From the IMG/VR virus record IMGVR_UViG_3300023179_000026, positions 64,001 to 128,000 of that record: a DNA stretch of 64,000 bases. One strand, 5' to 3'. Below the pieces are notes generated by a model that was given only the letters and a program-made list of their open reading frames with translations, did not search any database and was not told where the DNA came from. Source of the stretch: a virus. This document shows positions 28,693-38,807 of the stretch, in pieces. How positions within the stretch are numbered: the first letter of the stretch is position 1; each line of letters begins with the position of its first letter. The translations under genes were made by a program, and so were the position numbers.

Positions 28693-29841
28693 TTATTTGA
28701 ATAAATTAGTTGGGCAATTAAAACCTTTCAAATTTTGGTACCAAGAATAAACACCCCACGTTGCATAATCTCTTACTTCACCTTGAAAATTAGCATTATC
28801 AACATGCTTTAGCATGTCTTGAAATTCAGTAGAATGTTTTAAATAAGTAATTGCTTTCTTACCTTTTTTCTTAGCTTCTTTCCAAAATTTTGTATTAAAA
28901 ATTGACCCATGATAGTAATGATACCCTATCATAGCTTCAATGTCCAATAATTTAGATAGATAAGTCTCATTTGCAAATGGTACACTTATATTATCAAACA
29001 TGATATCCCATGACATTCGATTAATAAGGTCAATAGTAGCTAATGACGTAGCTTCCATAGGTTCTAAAAAGAAGGATGAATTACCGTTATAAAACACTCT
29101 GTCAGTAAAATTTTGCTTTTTGTAATAATTGTGGAAGGAAAAAGAATTAGTGGTATCGCTTGGTGTTAGGCTATATTCTGAAAACACTTCTTTTACATCT
29201 TCTTTAATTTCATCAAGTGTATTCAATGTATTATTGTAAAGATATCCTACTGAACATCTATTCTGAAGTGGTATACAAAATACCCATCCGTATTTTCTTG
29301 CTACCGTTCCTGTATATTGAAAAGTAGGTTTATCCCACCAACATTGAGTGACGTAAACTGAATTAACAGGAATAATAGCACTTTCATAAAAGTTTTCATA
29401 GGTTTCGGGTTTGCCACCACAATCTATAATATAATCCGCATCAATATCATCATGTGATCTAACATTAGTATTAATTAATTTGACACGTGAATTTTTTTTA
29501 ACTGTTTCTATGATATAATCTTGCAATTTTAATGCATTAAAATGAATTGATATAAGCGGTGGTTGGAAATAATGTGTATATTCGCTACCCTTCCCCCAAT
29601 TTTGTTTTCTAATTCCATACTTTAATGTACCATCAATTTTATTAAACAAGTCATTATAGTTGTAATCATTAAATTTATATAATAAACGTACAAGTTGTAA
29701 GGTAGTTCCTTCACCAACTGCTTGAACTTTAATATTTTCATCATAATACCAATCTATTTCAAAATCAGTATATGTTAAAAAATGTGCGGCGGTAATACTT
29801 CCTGCAGTACCTTTACCAATAATAGCTATTTTTTTATTCAC
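28693..29841 (-). CDS. tryptophan-halogenase-like flavoprotein (paralog B)
   Basis: IAIIGKGTAG, VGEGT, KYGIRKQNW, DYIIDCGG, GWVFCIPL.NR.SVGY, FLEPMEATS. Confidence 0.8.
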   Translation of the reverse strand: MNKKIAIIGKGTAGSITAAHFLTYTDFEIDWYYDENIKVQAVGEGTTLQLVRLLYKFNDYNYNDLFNKIDGTLKYGIRKQNWGKGSEYTHYFQPPLISIHFNALKLQDYIIETVKKNSRVKLINTNVRSHDDIDADYIIDCGGKPETYENFYESAIIPVNSVYVTQCWWDKPTFQYTGTVARKYGWVFCIPLQNRCSVGYLYNNTLNTLDEIKEDVKEVFSEYSLTPSDTTNSFSFHNYYKKQNFTDRVFYNGNSSFFLEPMEATSLATIDLINRMSWDIMFDNISVPFANETYLSKLLDIEAMIGYHYYHGSIFNTKFWKEAKKKGKKAITYLKHSTEFQDMLKHVDNANFQGEVRDYATWGVYSWYQNLKGFNCPTNLFK

Positions 29842-30985
29842 TATCTAATCCTTTAATTTCATAACCTAAACCGATTAAATTTTCATACCATGACCTTTCA
29901 TTCCAAGACCCAAATGGATTTTTATCCGTAAAAAAATGATGACTTGTAATGGAATTTACACATTTTAAAAAGTTTTCATCTGAATATAATTTAGGCATAA
30001 CGTCTTTTGTTTTTTCATAAGCAAAATCCCAAAATTTTGTATTAAATTTAGATTTTTTCGTGTAATGAAAAGCTATCATTAACTCAATATCTTTTAAAAA
30101 ATTAGTAAAAAAGTTATTACAGTCATCTAGTTTACGATTAAAAAACAAATAATCATATAATGTTCTATTAACATAATCAGCACACACAAAAGAAGTTGCT
30201 TCCATTGGTTCAAGAAAAAACGATGCGTTACCATTATAACTTACACGTTCAGTAAAATTAACTTTTCTTATATAATTACTAAATGAAAAAGCATTTGTCA
30301 TATCACTTGGAGTTAACTTATATTCTGAAAATACTTCTTGTACATCTTTTTTAACATCGTTTAAATCATTAATTGTATTGTTATACAAATAGCCAACTGA
30401 GCATCTATTTTGTAACGGTATACAAAATACCCATCCATGTTTCCTTGCAATTGCCGCTGTATAATCAAAATCAGGTTTATCCCAATAACATTGTGTAACA
30501 TAAACTGAGTTAAGTGGCATATATTGTGCCATATAAAAATTATCAAAATTATCAGGTTTTCCTGAACAATCTATAATATGGTCTGCGTCAATATCATCAT
30601 ATGATTTAATATTTTGTGAAACAATTTTAACATGATTATAACCTTTTAAATGATTGAATATATATTCTTGTAGTTTGTATGAATCAATGTGCATAGCAAC
30701 ATTTGGAGAGTAAAAATGATGAAAAAAATCGTGATTAGTTTTGCCCCAATTTTGCTTTCTTATACCATACTTATAATTACCATTTAGGTTTTTCATATCA
30801 GTGTAACTAAAACCAAAATAGTTTTTTAAATTACGTGGTAAAATAAGTGTAGTGCCTTCTCCTACTGCTTGTGTTTTAATATTTTCATCATAATACCAAT
30901 CAATTGTACAATCTTTTGTCCATGTTGCAAAATGTGCTGCAGTAATAGCACCTACAGTGCCCCTGCCTATAATAGCTAATTTCAT
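29834..30985 (-). CDS. tryptophan-halogenase-like flavoprotein (paralog A)
   Basis: Same motifs as neighbour; start refined to MKLAIIGRG at 30985 (TAATG coupling). Confidence 0.8.
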   Translation of the reverse strand: MKLAIIGRGTVGAITAAHFATWTKDCTIDWYYDENIKTQAVGEGTTLILPRNLKNYFGFSYTDMKNLNGNYKYGIRKQNWGKTNHDFFHHFYSPNVAMHIDSYKLQEYIFNHLKGYNHVKIVSQNIKSYDDIDADHIIDCSGKPDNFDNFYMAQYMPLNSVYVTQCYWDKPDFDYTAAIARKHGWVFCIPLQNRCSVGYLYNNTINDLNDVKKDVQEVFSEYKLTPSDMTNAFSFSNYIRKVNFTERVSYNGNASFFLEPMEATSFVCADYVNRTLYDYLFFNRKLDDCNNFFTNFLKDIELMIAFHYTKKSKFNTKFWDFAYEKTKDVMPKLYSDENFLKCVNSITSHHFFTDKNPFGSWNERSWYENLIGLGYEIKGLDSE

Positions 30986-31413
30986 TAATTTAACAGCCTT
31001 GTACACTCCAACTCGCTGTCAGTCCAACATTCTGTTTCAGTTTGTACCCATCCTTCATTTTCCCAACTTGAATAAGAATCTTCATCCCATATTTCGGACA
31101 TACGTTCTTGTTCTTCTTCATCCATATCATCAGGATACATTATATCTAAATACCAACCATCATCTAACACTTCTAATTCAACATCTTCAATATTATTGAT
31201 ACAAGTATTATTCATGTCAATACTATCTTCTACTTCATTACCTAGCGGGTTACGAACACGCTCAAATTGTGGTTCTTCATCATTATCCGTAGTTACAATC
31301 CAACTACCCCAACGAAAACCTGTTACACGTATAATAGTTACACCATCTTTAACCCAATACTCGTGTTCTTCAACTGATTTTTTATTTAATGTTGATACAT
31401 GCCACTTAGCCAT
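30985..31413 (-). CDS. hypothetical acidic protein
   Basis: ORF track. Confidence 0.6.
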   Translation of the reverse strand: MAKWHVSTLNKKSVEEHEYWVKDGVTIIRVTGFRWGSWIVTTDNDEEPQFERVRNPLGNEVEDSIDMNNTCINNIEDVELEVLDDGWYLDIMYPDDMDEEEQERMSEIWDEDSYSSWENEGWVQTETECWTDSELECTRLLN

Positions 31414-31415
31414 AA

Positions 31416-31628
31416 TTACTCTCTATCCATTTCTGATGCTTCTTTAATCAGTACAGTTAATTCTTCAATTGAATTTACCAATATTTTAACTTGCGACCAA
31501 TTATCATCATGATCACGACCACCTACTTCAATCATAAAACCATTGTCGTACATATTAATACTAAAACTATCATTAACAGTTTTCATTTTGTCGCTAATCT
31601 TTTTTACACCACTCTTTACTTTAGCCAT
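31416..31628 (-). CDS. hypothetical protein
   Basis: ORF track. Confidence 0.6.
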   Translation of the reverse strand: MAKVKSGVKKISDKMKTVNDSFSINMYDNGFMIEVGGRDHDDNWSQVKILVNSIEELTVLIKEASEMDRE

Positions 31629-31637
31629 TTTATACCC

Positions 31638-32003
31638 CTAAATTGTTTTATCGCCCATGGTTTCATCCATGACAGGTTCGTCACTAACTAATAAAATATC
31701 ATCATTGTCAACTTTACGAATGATGTGTTCTCCACTATCGTCCATAATTTTAATACCTCTAGTCCATCGTCCATGAGTTACTAAAATATATTGACCTACT
31801 TTAATCTCTTGTTGTTCAGGACCGATTGCATACACCTTGCCCCAACGTGGTCTAATACCACTATTTTTTCCATCATCACTAACCACCACAATACCTGATG
31901 AAGTTTTACGTTCTTCAAAATTCATTTCTGATACAATAATTGCATCATGTAATGGTGTAACTTTATGTACTCGATGTGCTTCAAATAAATGTTTTGTATC
32001 CAT
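31638..32003 (-). CDS. groES: GroES/Cpn10-like co-chaperonin
   Basis: PLHDAIIV, EERKTSSGIVV mobile loop, GKVYAIGP, IKVGQ, DILLV; start refined to 32003. Confidence 0.8.
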   Translation of the reverse strand: MDTKHLFEAHRVHKVTPLHDAIIVSEMNFEERKTSSGIVVVSDDGKNSGIRPRWGKVYAIGPEQQEIKVGQYILVTHGRWTRGIKIMDDSGEHIIRKVDNDDILLVSDEPVMDETMGDKTI

Positions 32004-32011
32004 GATATCCT

Positions 32012-32326
32012 TTATTTCTTTAATTTTGGATCCCAATCGTCATCAAAACTTTCAAACTCTTTTTCAAGCTCAGTTTTTGGAACGTTGGGTTTTACAACTT
32101 CTTCAGTGGGTTGTGGCACTCTATTTAATGCCTTGCTTGCTTGCATTGTTTTATTATACATTGTACTGACACGCTTGGTATGGTCATTGATAATACGATT
32201 ATGCGAATCAATGATATCTCCACGTGCATTTACATTCATGTTGCCTACAGCACGTACTCGCTCATTTTTAGCAATTAATGAATTCATATCTAACATTTTG
32301 CCATTTGCTGTTCTTCGTTGAGCCAT
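32012..32326 (-). CDS. hypothetical protein
   Basis: ORF track. Confidence 0.6.
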   Translation of the reverse strand: MAQRRTANGKMLDMNSLIAKNERVRAVGNMNVNARGDIIDSHNRIINDHTKRVSTMYNKTMQASKALNRVPQPTEEVVKPNVPKTELEKEFESFDDDWDPKLKK

Positions 32327-32335
32327 AATTTTTTC

Positions 32336-32842
32336 CTATCTTAAAAATTCAGTGTAGTCTAAGTCATAGTACATACTATCAATTTTATGTACCCCAATCT
32401 TGTATAGCACGTAACTGCTTACGCTGCTTCCACGACCAACTCCCCACACTATATTATTTAAGCGCATTGTATCAACTATATATTTTAAGTATTGTAGTAA
32501 TGAAAATAAGTTAAGTTCTTGATAACGAATTAACTCAGCAGCACATCGCTGTATTTGTGGCTGATTATCACATGCTAACAACACCCACTCCGCAATATCT
32601 AATTCATAATATGATTGTGGCATATACCACATAGACTGATTTTTCTTATCAAAATCATTTACACTAAGGTTTGACTCAATATATGTTTTACAATGTGGTA
32701 TATTATTCAACTCTAATGCAGAGTTAAATTCAATAGGTTGTTCAATTAAAGCGTTTTTAATTTGAATGCCCGTATTTTGCATATACAACTTGCACAAATC
32801 AAGCTCATTCAAAATAATTTGCCCATACTTATCTATTTTCAT
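32336..32842 (-). CDS. stand-alone fragment homologous to DNA polymerase III alpha (DnaE), lacking catalytic PDxD
   Basis: WGVGRGSSVSSYVLYKIGVHKID...YDLDYTEFLR matches the DnaE GPGRGS...IDP...FERFL segment, then stops. Confidence 0.75.
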   Translation of the reverse strand: MKIDKYGQIILNELDLCKLYMQNTGIQIKNALIEQPIEFNSALELNNIPHCKTYIESNLSVNDFDKKNQSMWYMPQSYYELDIAEWVLLACDNQPQIQRCAAELIRYQELNLFSLLQYLKYIVDTMRLNNIVWGVGRGSSVSSYVLYKIGVHKIDSMYYDLDYTEFLR

Positions 32843-32880
32843 AGAGTAAGTATATCATATGGCATTGAAATTACTTGAAA

Positions 32881-33111
32881 TTAGGATATGTCGATTTTGG
32901 GAGAAGAATTACCACGCTTTGCCCACATTTCATTTTGTTGTTTAGCGTATTCTGCCTTGTATGATTCTAGCACCATTTGCATTTGACGAACCATATCATG
33001 CTTGCCCATCTTAAAAGCCCATTGCATACGTGTGTTTAATGTGGCAATTTTTTCACCTAACTGCTCCATATTTTCACCACTTAAATCACTTACGAATGGA
33101 TGATTAAACAT
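32881..33111 (-). CDS. hypothetical coiled-coil protein
   Basis: Start refined to ATG 33111 (TAATG coupling). Confidence 0.55.
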   Translation of the reverse strand: MFNHPFVSDLSGENMEQLGEKIATLNTRMQWAFKMGKHDMVRQMQMVLESYKAEYAKQQNEMWAKRGNSSPKIDIS

Positions 33112-33863
33112 TACCAAGCTGTTAAAGTTATACGCTTCCAAATAGCAGTTGCACCATCATAATTTGCTGTACAAACATAAAAATATGTGGCATCTGATGC
33201 TACAGTACCCGCTTTATCACCTAAAACACCAACATTACTAACAGGTACACTTGTAACTACTTGTGTAGCTTTACGTGGTCTGTCAATTGGTGTTACTGTA
33301 ATATTCGTACCGCAATCCACGGTGGAAAACTCATGATGCACTTTGGTAACATTTGCTGCCATTGTAAAATTACCACCTGCAACACCATTACCTGCATAAT
33401 TTTCTAAAGTAAGCATACCATCTGTTACACTAGATGGCATTGTAATTACTGCATTTGCATTAGCTACAGTAAATATCGTCTGTATGTTTTGCTGAGTTCC
33501 CGCAGGTGCCCATGCTGCAAAAGCTAACGTAACATTACCTGTTATAGTACCATATTGTACATCACCATTGGTAACATTGATGGTGACTGTTCCACTTAAA
33601 TTGTTACCTAAGTTATAAGTAGTTGCCCTGAAACCTTGTGTCAATGCATTGCTTATTAATGTGTTAGCCATGTCATTGTTTAAGGTTGTACCTGTTAATG
33701 CACTTTTAACAACAACTTTATTTTGTAAATCAGTGATTTCAGTTGATGCAGTATCTAAACCACTTTTAATAGCAGTAAAATTAGTTCTAAATCCTTGTGA
33801 ACTATTGTTTATCCCAGGAATAGGATACGTTGTATCAATCTGACTTGTATCAATTGCGCTCAT
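33111..33863 (-). CDS. virion structural protein (baseplate/fibre-associated)
   Basis: T/N/A-rich; N-terminal ID..YP..G..N.SQGFR.NF..IK motif; late promoter 5 nt upstream. Confidence 0.6.
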   Translation of the reverse strand: MSAIDTSQIDTTYPIPGINNSSQGFRTNFTAIKSGLDTASTEITDLQNKVVVKSALTGTTLNNDMANTLISNALTQGFRATTYNLGNNLSGTVTINVTNGDVQYGTITGNVTLAFAAWAPAGTQQNIQTIFTVANANAVITMPSSVTDGMLTLENYAGNGVAGGNFTMAANVTKVHHEFSTVDCGTNITVTPIDRPRKATQVVTSVPVSNVGVLGDKAGTVASDATYFYVCTANYDGATAIWKRITLTAW

Positions 33864-33871
33864 AGTTATAT

Positions 33872-36800
33872 TTATCCGCTTTGTAAGGTGCGTGGAAGAA
33901 TTGTCTTTTGTGTAATGTAAACATATTGGTCAGCAGAATTATTAGTTACAGGTGGCTGTGCACTAGGTAATGTGCTTACCCACTCTACTCCATTCCAATC
34001 AAATGTTAATGATTTATCAACTTCAAAACGGTCTATCGTAAATTGAACTTGATTAACTTTTATACCACTTGCAGATGTTTGCCATGCATTAATGTTGTTT
34101 TTAACAGTGGTACTATAATTTGGTTTTGTATAACATATGACCCACGCAGGTGTATATCCCAATGTGCTTCCATTAATTTGTTGACTTGTCATCCATAATG
34201 GTAAAATAGTGTCATTGTTTACATATCCTAACACATCTTCTAATTGTTGACGCATATTGTCTAAACTGTTAGGATACAATGTCCTTACATACCCAGGCGT
34301 TAACGCTGTAAAATAACTTGGTGTATAAAATGTAAGCGTATCACCTGCGCTGTAACTTCCTGCAGGTGCTTGATTTAAAACAATTGTGTAGGTATTAGGT
34401 GTTATGCTTGTAATATATGGCACTGCGTTGGTATTACCTAATACCATATTCAATGACAAACCCTCTACACTGTTGACAACATAGGTTGTAACATTTACAA
34501 CACTAGAAATGGTAACAGATATTGGTGATGTTGAATAAACATAACTTGTATAAGTTGAACTATTGCTGTCATACCATTGTCCTAAATTAAGGTTTATGTT
34601 TCGAGGCCATCCTATTTCTTTTGGTATACTTACACCTGCATTATTAACTAAGTTATCAATAATTTCACAATAAACAACCTCGTATACAATTTCATTATTT
34701 GTATCTCTTGCAACAGCAGTCTTTACTTCGCCTAGCGTAATATCACGCCAATAAAAGTTTTTACTCAATGCTGTGATGTATTCTTGCACAGTATTAGCGG
34801 GTATACCATATGCATGATTGTAAATTATATTTTTTGCACGACCATAATATGGGTCATTAATACGATACACAGCAGCATCAGGTATAATTAAATTAGGATT
34901 CCCAGGTGTGCTATTTCTTATTAAATCATTAATTTTTGCTCTTGTAGTTAAGTTTGGATAGCATTGCATATATACTGTTTCCCATGGTGTTGGGAACTCT
35001 TGCACAGCAGTAAAGTAAAACTCTTTTGTTTCACTAATTTCCTCTTGCCCTACAATATATGCTTGTACAGTAAAATAGTATACTCTTGAACTATAAGGGT
35101 ATACACCATTTTGATCGTCAGTAGCTTCAAACGCTAAACGTCCACTTATTTCTCCACTTGATAACATTACTAAGTTAGGGGGCAACTGACCTAAGGTTGG
35201 GCTAGTCCATTCTATTACATACTTTGCATTTTGGTCATAGAAAGTTAAATCATAATTAAACTCATCATATTCGTCAGTAATTGCTTCAGGATTGTAAATC
35301 AATATATAACGGCTATTTACAACTGTTCCATATTGACCAACTGCTACAAAATTATACTCAACCTTTTGTGCACTACCACCACTAATATAATTACTATAAG
35401 ATAATGTACTAAATGGTGTGGTTAATGATACATCAGTGTATAACTCAAAAGTATTAATAGTTAAAACTTTTACATAAAATTGTTGATCGTTTATTTCTGT
35501 CATACCTAATACATCAACAATACACACACGATCAGCATCTGTAAATTGGTGAGCATTAACTACGGTGACCACAGCAGTACCTGTTTGTGTAATATTTGTA
35601 ATTAATACTCCTGCATTTGGTCTAGTCAGTCCAAGTGTAATACTATATAAATCATTACCTGTATTACCTGACAAATAACTCCAAGAATTATTATCACCAT
35701 TTTCGCTATATGCAGTAAATCCATCATCACCAACTACAAAAAATTGGTTTGATTCATATATAATATCATTCAAACGTTCTGTGGTAAATGCTTTTTGTAA
35801 TGACCAAGTTGTGCCATTACTACTTTCTAATACATATCCTTCTTCACCAACTGCAATCCATTTTGAACCATTTGTTGCAATTGATCGTAGTGCAGGTATA
35901 GTTAATGTTATAGTTCCTCCACTTACATATGCACTATATGCACTAGAATTAACAGGTGTAGTTAATGTAACGTTAGTATACAATGCAAAGGTATTAGTAT
36001 GATACCCTGTTGCTTTTACATAATAATTATTACCATTTAAAGCTGTCATACCAACAACACCTGATATAGTGATGCGTTGACCATCACTCATATTATGAGC
36101 AGTTGATGTAGTTACTACTGCAATAGTTGCTTGAGTAACATTAGACATAGCAATGGTATTAACTGTTGCTGCGCTCCATGTTCCACCTACAGGAAAACCA
36201 ACAGCATTAGAATAATATATTGCTCCTGTATTATCTGATTTGTTACCTACTACAGTATATGTATAAGGTGAGGTTGAACCTGTTCGTATTAATTTTCTAA
36301 AGACATAATTTACGTCAGTTGAAGTTGAACCTGTGACAGTGATTGTTCCTTGTGTCCAAACAAAGCCTGATTGACTACTAGTTAATATGGTTGCATCATC
36401 GCCTACTGCAATAAATCGTTCACCACCTGAACGATTATCAAACATGACACTATATAAAGCACTATTTCCTGCGGTTGATGCAGGACTCCAATTAATACCA
36501 TCATTTGAACCGTATATACTAGGTTGAGAAGATTGTGTATAGCCTACAGTAACTAATGTACCTGTAGAAACAGTTGGGTAATATCCTGCTGCAATTGATG
36601 TTAAGTTATCAAAAGTGAATTGATTAAGATAGTTCCATGTTCGACCATAATTATCACTATAAGCAATTTCACCTAAATCACCCACTGCGTAATATGATGG
36701 TACCGAAGTAGCACTTACGCCACCAACTACTGAATTTACCACTGAGTTTAAATTCTTTCTATTCTCATTAACGATACGATAATTCACTGTTTCACCAACT

Positions 36801-38188
36801 AGATTGGTTTCAGCCTCTATCGTAAAATTAGAAATGCAACCATTGTTGATAATACCAAGATTTGTTGGCGTAACCCATGTAAAATCATTGTCCAAGTCAC
36901 CAACCAAAGTCAAAGTAAAACGATATACTTGACTTGTTCTATCATACTGATTTGCCCAACATACACCACGTGTGGTTACTGTGATAGGTGGATTAGGCCA
37001 TGGTGAAGTTAATGCTTGATTTTGGTACATCTCAAAAGTTGTGGAATTAATAACTTTTGCATAAATTGTTGTACTATTAATTGTTGTTGGTATACAGCTA
37101 TCCAACGTAATTTGCTGTCCATTAAAAAAGTTATGTGGTGTAATGGTTGTTACTCTAGTAATTGAGCCTATTATAGTAAAACTTGCAATACCTATAATAT
37201 TTCCCGTGACATATCCTGATGGAACAGTTTTAATTACAGTTGCACTTAAATAAAAATCTAATACACGATTGCCAATATTAGGAAATTTTCCTGTAATCCA
37301 TCCCGTATCATGGTCAATCGCTAACGTGCCAGGTGTAACCATATTTGATTGGTTAATAGCTTGTAAATTAGTTATATTGTAAGATAATGAACCTGCATTT
37401 TCAAAATCATATCCTGCTAATTTAAAAACCCATTCATTATCATGTCGAACTCGTCCAATATTTCCATCATAGGGCGTATAATATCCATAATATGGATTAG
37501 TAGGTGGAATAACTGTGCTTAATGGTTGGCTGTTTAATAACACAGGCAATCTTGCATTATCAGATGGGATAGGGTTTTGAACGTAATAGTTAATAACAGT
37601 AATGTTATAGTTTATAATTGCTATACCACTACCTGATGACAACTGTAAAGTAAATGGATAGTTGGTTGATGTAGGTTGACCATATATGTTTAATGGTGGT
37701 TCCGCATAGCCTGTTATCAAACCTGTTATTGACATCTCTAGACCAAGCGGTAATTCACCTGAAATTATTGTTACTTCAGCTACACTTTGTGGGTCAGTAT
37801 TTTCATATTGCACTTGATAATGTACATACGTGCTGTCTACCGTGGTTATAATGGTACCAGGATACGTCAAAAACCTAGGAGGACTTGCCCCCACTACAGT
37901 TAACGTAAATGCTCTATCCCTAATATTTCCAAAACTATCAGTGGCACGTATTGTAATACCATAAGTTGTATCAGTAGCTACTTCAGCAGGAGTACCATAC
38001 AAGTATCCATCAGGACGTAGCGTAATTGGTGCTTCAGGTAAACTCGATGGAAATCTTCCACTTTGTAAAGTATAAACAACGTTGCTTAAACCGTCTGCAC
38101 TAATTGCGTTAAATTGAAATGCGATTGGTCTAAGTTCTTTAAATTGTCCTATACTTCCTGCAGGAGTATTCCAAATTGGTTGTGACAT
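33872..38188 (-). CDS. large baseplate wedge-like structural protein with Ig-like, beta-propeller-like and repeated beta-barrel modules
   Basis: 1438 aa; SGxLP.GL Ig-like repeats; VG..G.I..S.DG..W propeller repeats; three AH...G..I.I..V.GM modules. Confidence 0.6.
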   Translation of the reverse strand: MSQPIWNTPAGSIGQFKELRPIAFQFNAISADGLSNVVYTLQSGRFPSSLPEAPITLRPDGYLYGTPAEVATDTTYGITIRATDSFGNIRDRAFTLTVVGASPPRFLTYPGTIITTVDSTYVHYQVQYENTDPQSVAEVTIISGELPLGLEMSITGLITGYAEPPLNIYGQPTSTNYPFTLQLSSGSGIAIINYNITVINYYVQNPIPSDNARLPVLLNSQPLSTVIPPTNPYYGYYTPYDGNIGRVRHDNEWVFKLAGYDFENAGSLSYNITNLQAINQSNMVTPGTLAIDHDTGWITGKFPNIGNRVLDFYLSATVIKTVPSGYVTGNIIGIASFTIIGSITRVTTITPHNFFNGQQITLDSCIPTTINSTTIYAKVINSTTFEMYQNQALTSPWPNPPITVTTRGVCWANQYDRTSQVYRFTLTLVGDLDNDFTWVTPTNLGIINNGCISNFTIEAETNLVGETVNYRIVNENRKNLNSVVNSVVGGVSATSVPSYYAVGDLGEIAYSDNYGRTWNYLNQFTFDNLTSIAAGYYPTVSTGTLVTVGYTQSSQPSIYGSNDGINWSPASTAGNSALYSVMFDNRSGGERFIAVGDDATILTSSQSGFVWTQGTITVTGSTSTDVNYVFRKLIRTGSTSPYTYTVVGNKSDNTGAIYYSNAVGFPVGGTWSAATVNTIAMSNVTQATIAVVTTSTAHNMSDGQRITISGVVGMTALNGNNYYVKATGYHTNTFALYTNVTLTTPVNSSAYSAYVSGGTITLTIPALRSIATNGSKWIAVGEEGYVLESSNGTTWSLQKAFTTERLNDIIYESNQFFVVGDDGFTAYSENGDNNSWSYLSGNTGNDLYSITLGLTRPNAGVLITNITQTGTAVVTVVNAHQFTDADRVCIVDVLGMTEINDQQFYVKVLTINTFELYTDVSLTTPFSTLSYSNYISGGSAQKVEYNFVAVGQYGTVVNSRYILIYNPEAITDEYDEFNYDLTFYDQNAKYVIEWTSPTLGQLPPNLVMLSSGEISGRLAFEATDDQNGVYPYSSRVYYFTVQAYIVGQEEISETKEFYFTAVQEFPTPWETVYMQCYPNLTTRAKINDLIRNSTPGNPNLIIPDAAVYRINDPYYGRAKNIIYNHAYGIPANTVQEYITALSKNFYWRDITLGEVKTAVARDTNNEIVYEVVYCEIIDNLVNNAGVSIPKEIGWPRNINLNLGQWYDSNSSTYTSYVYSTSPISVTISSVVNVTTYVVNSVEGLSLNMVLGNTNAVPYITSITPNTYTIVLNQAPAGSYSAGDTLTFYTPSYFTALTPGYVRTLYPNSLDNMRQQLEDVLGYVNNDTILPLWMTSQQINGSTLGYTPAWVICYTKPNYSTTVKNNINAWQTSASGIKVNQVQFTIDRFEVDKSLTFDWNGVEWVSTLPSAQPPVTNNSADQYVYITQKTILPRTLQSG

Positions 38189-38189
38189 A

Positions 38190-38807
38190 TTACCTCTGTA
38201 AAATCTTTAAGGCAGCTTCGTAATGTTTTTTTCTATCTTCAATTCCAATAGTGCCGCCATTTATTCTTTTTGTTAACATAATAAAATCATTTTTATCACA
38301 ATATTGATTTAACTTGTTACTGTCCCAAAACCATCCTGCACTAGCCACAGCACCTGCATGAGTTTCCATATATGCAACTACTTCATCTATTTCAATTCCT
38401 AGTGATTTTGCAAATTTAGTGTAGTTTACTTTACCTGTTAATTGAATCAATCCACGTCCACAAAATTTCCACCCATCACCACTTGCTTCATCTCCATTGC
38501 CCATACGATTTGCATAAACACGATTGGCAATTTTTTCAGGTTTGCGCTCATAAGGTTTTGCAGCAGCTTCATTTGGAAAATATTTCTTAAAAATTTTTGT
38601 TAAACCTTGTGAGCTATAATTCAAGTTTTCTTTAAGATATTGATACCCACCACTTTCATGTCCTGTTTGCGCTAAAAAACCTGCAATACGTTGTGGCGTA
38701 TTAATTTCATAATGTTCACATGTTTGGTTTAATGGTTCAATAAATGGTTCTAATTTTGCAGCAGGAGTTTTGTCGCACACTGCTCGTAAAATTTCTAATG
38801 TTATCAT
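38190..38807 (-). CDS. glycoside hydrolase family 19 endolysin/lysozyme
   Basis: FLAQTGHESGG, ENLNYS, GDGWKFCGRGLIQLTGK.NY, AGWFW, RINGG. Confidence 0.92.
   Translation of the reverse strand: MITLEILRAVCDKTPAAKLEPFIEPLNQTCEHYEINTPQRIAGFLAQTGHESGGYQYLKENLNYSSQGLTKIFKKYFPNEAAAKPYERKPEKIANRVYANRMGNGDEASGDGWKFCGRGLIQLTGKVNYTKFAKSLGIEIDEVVAYMETHAGAVASAGWFWDSNKLNQYCDKNDFIMLTKRINGGTIGIEDRKKHYEAALKILQR

Noticed and set aside
33872-38188. Ubiquitin-E1 FCCH-like annotation of the repeated modules as evidence of a ubiquitin system
   Set aside because: Only the small beta module resembles it. There is no adenylation domain or E2/Ubl gene, and the context is structural.
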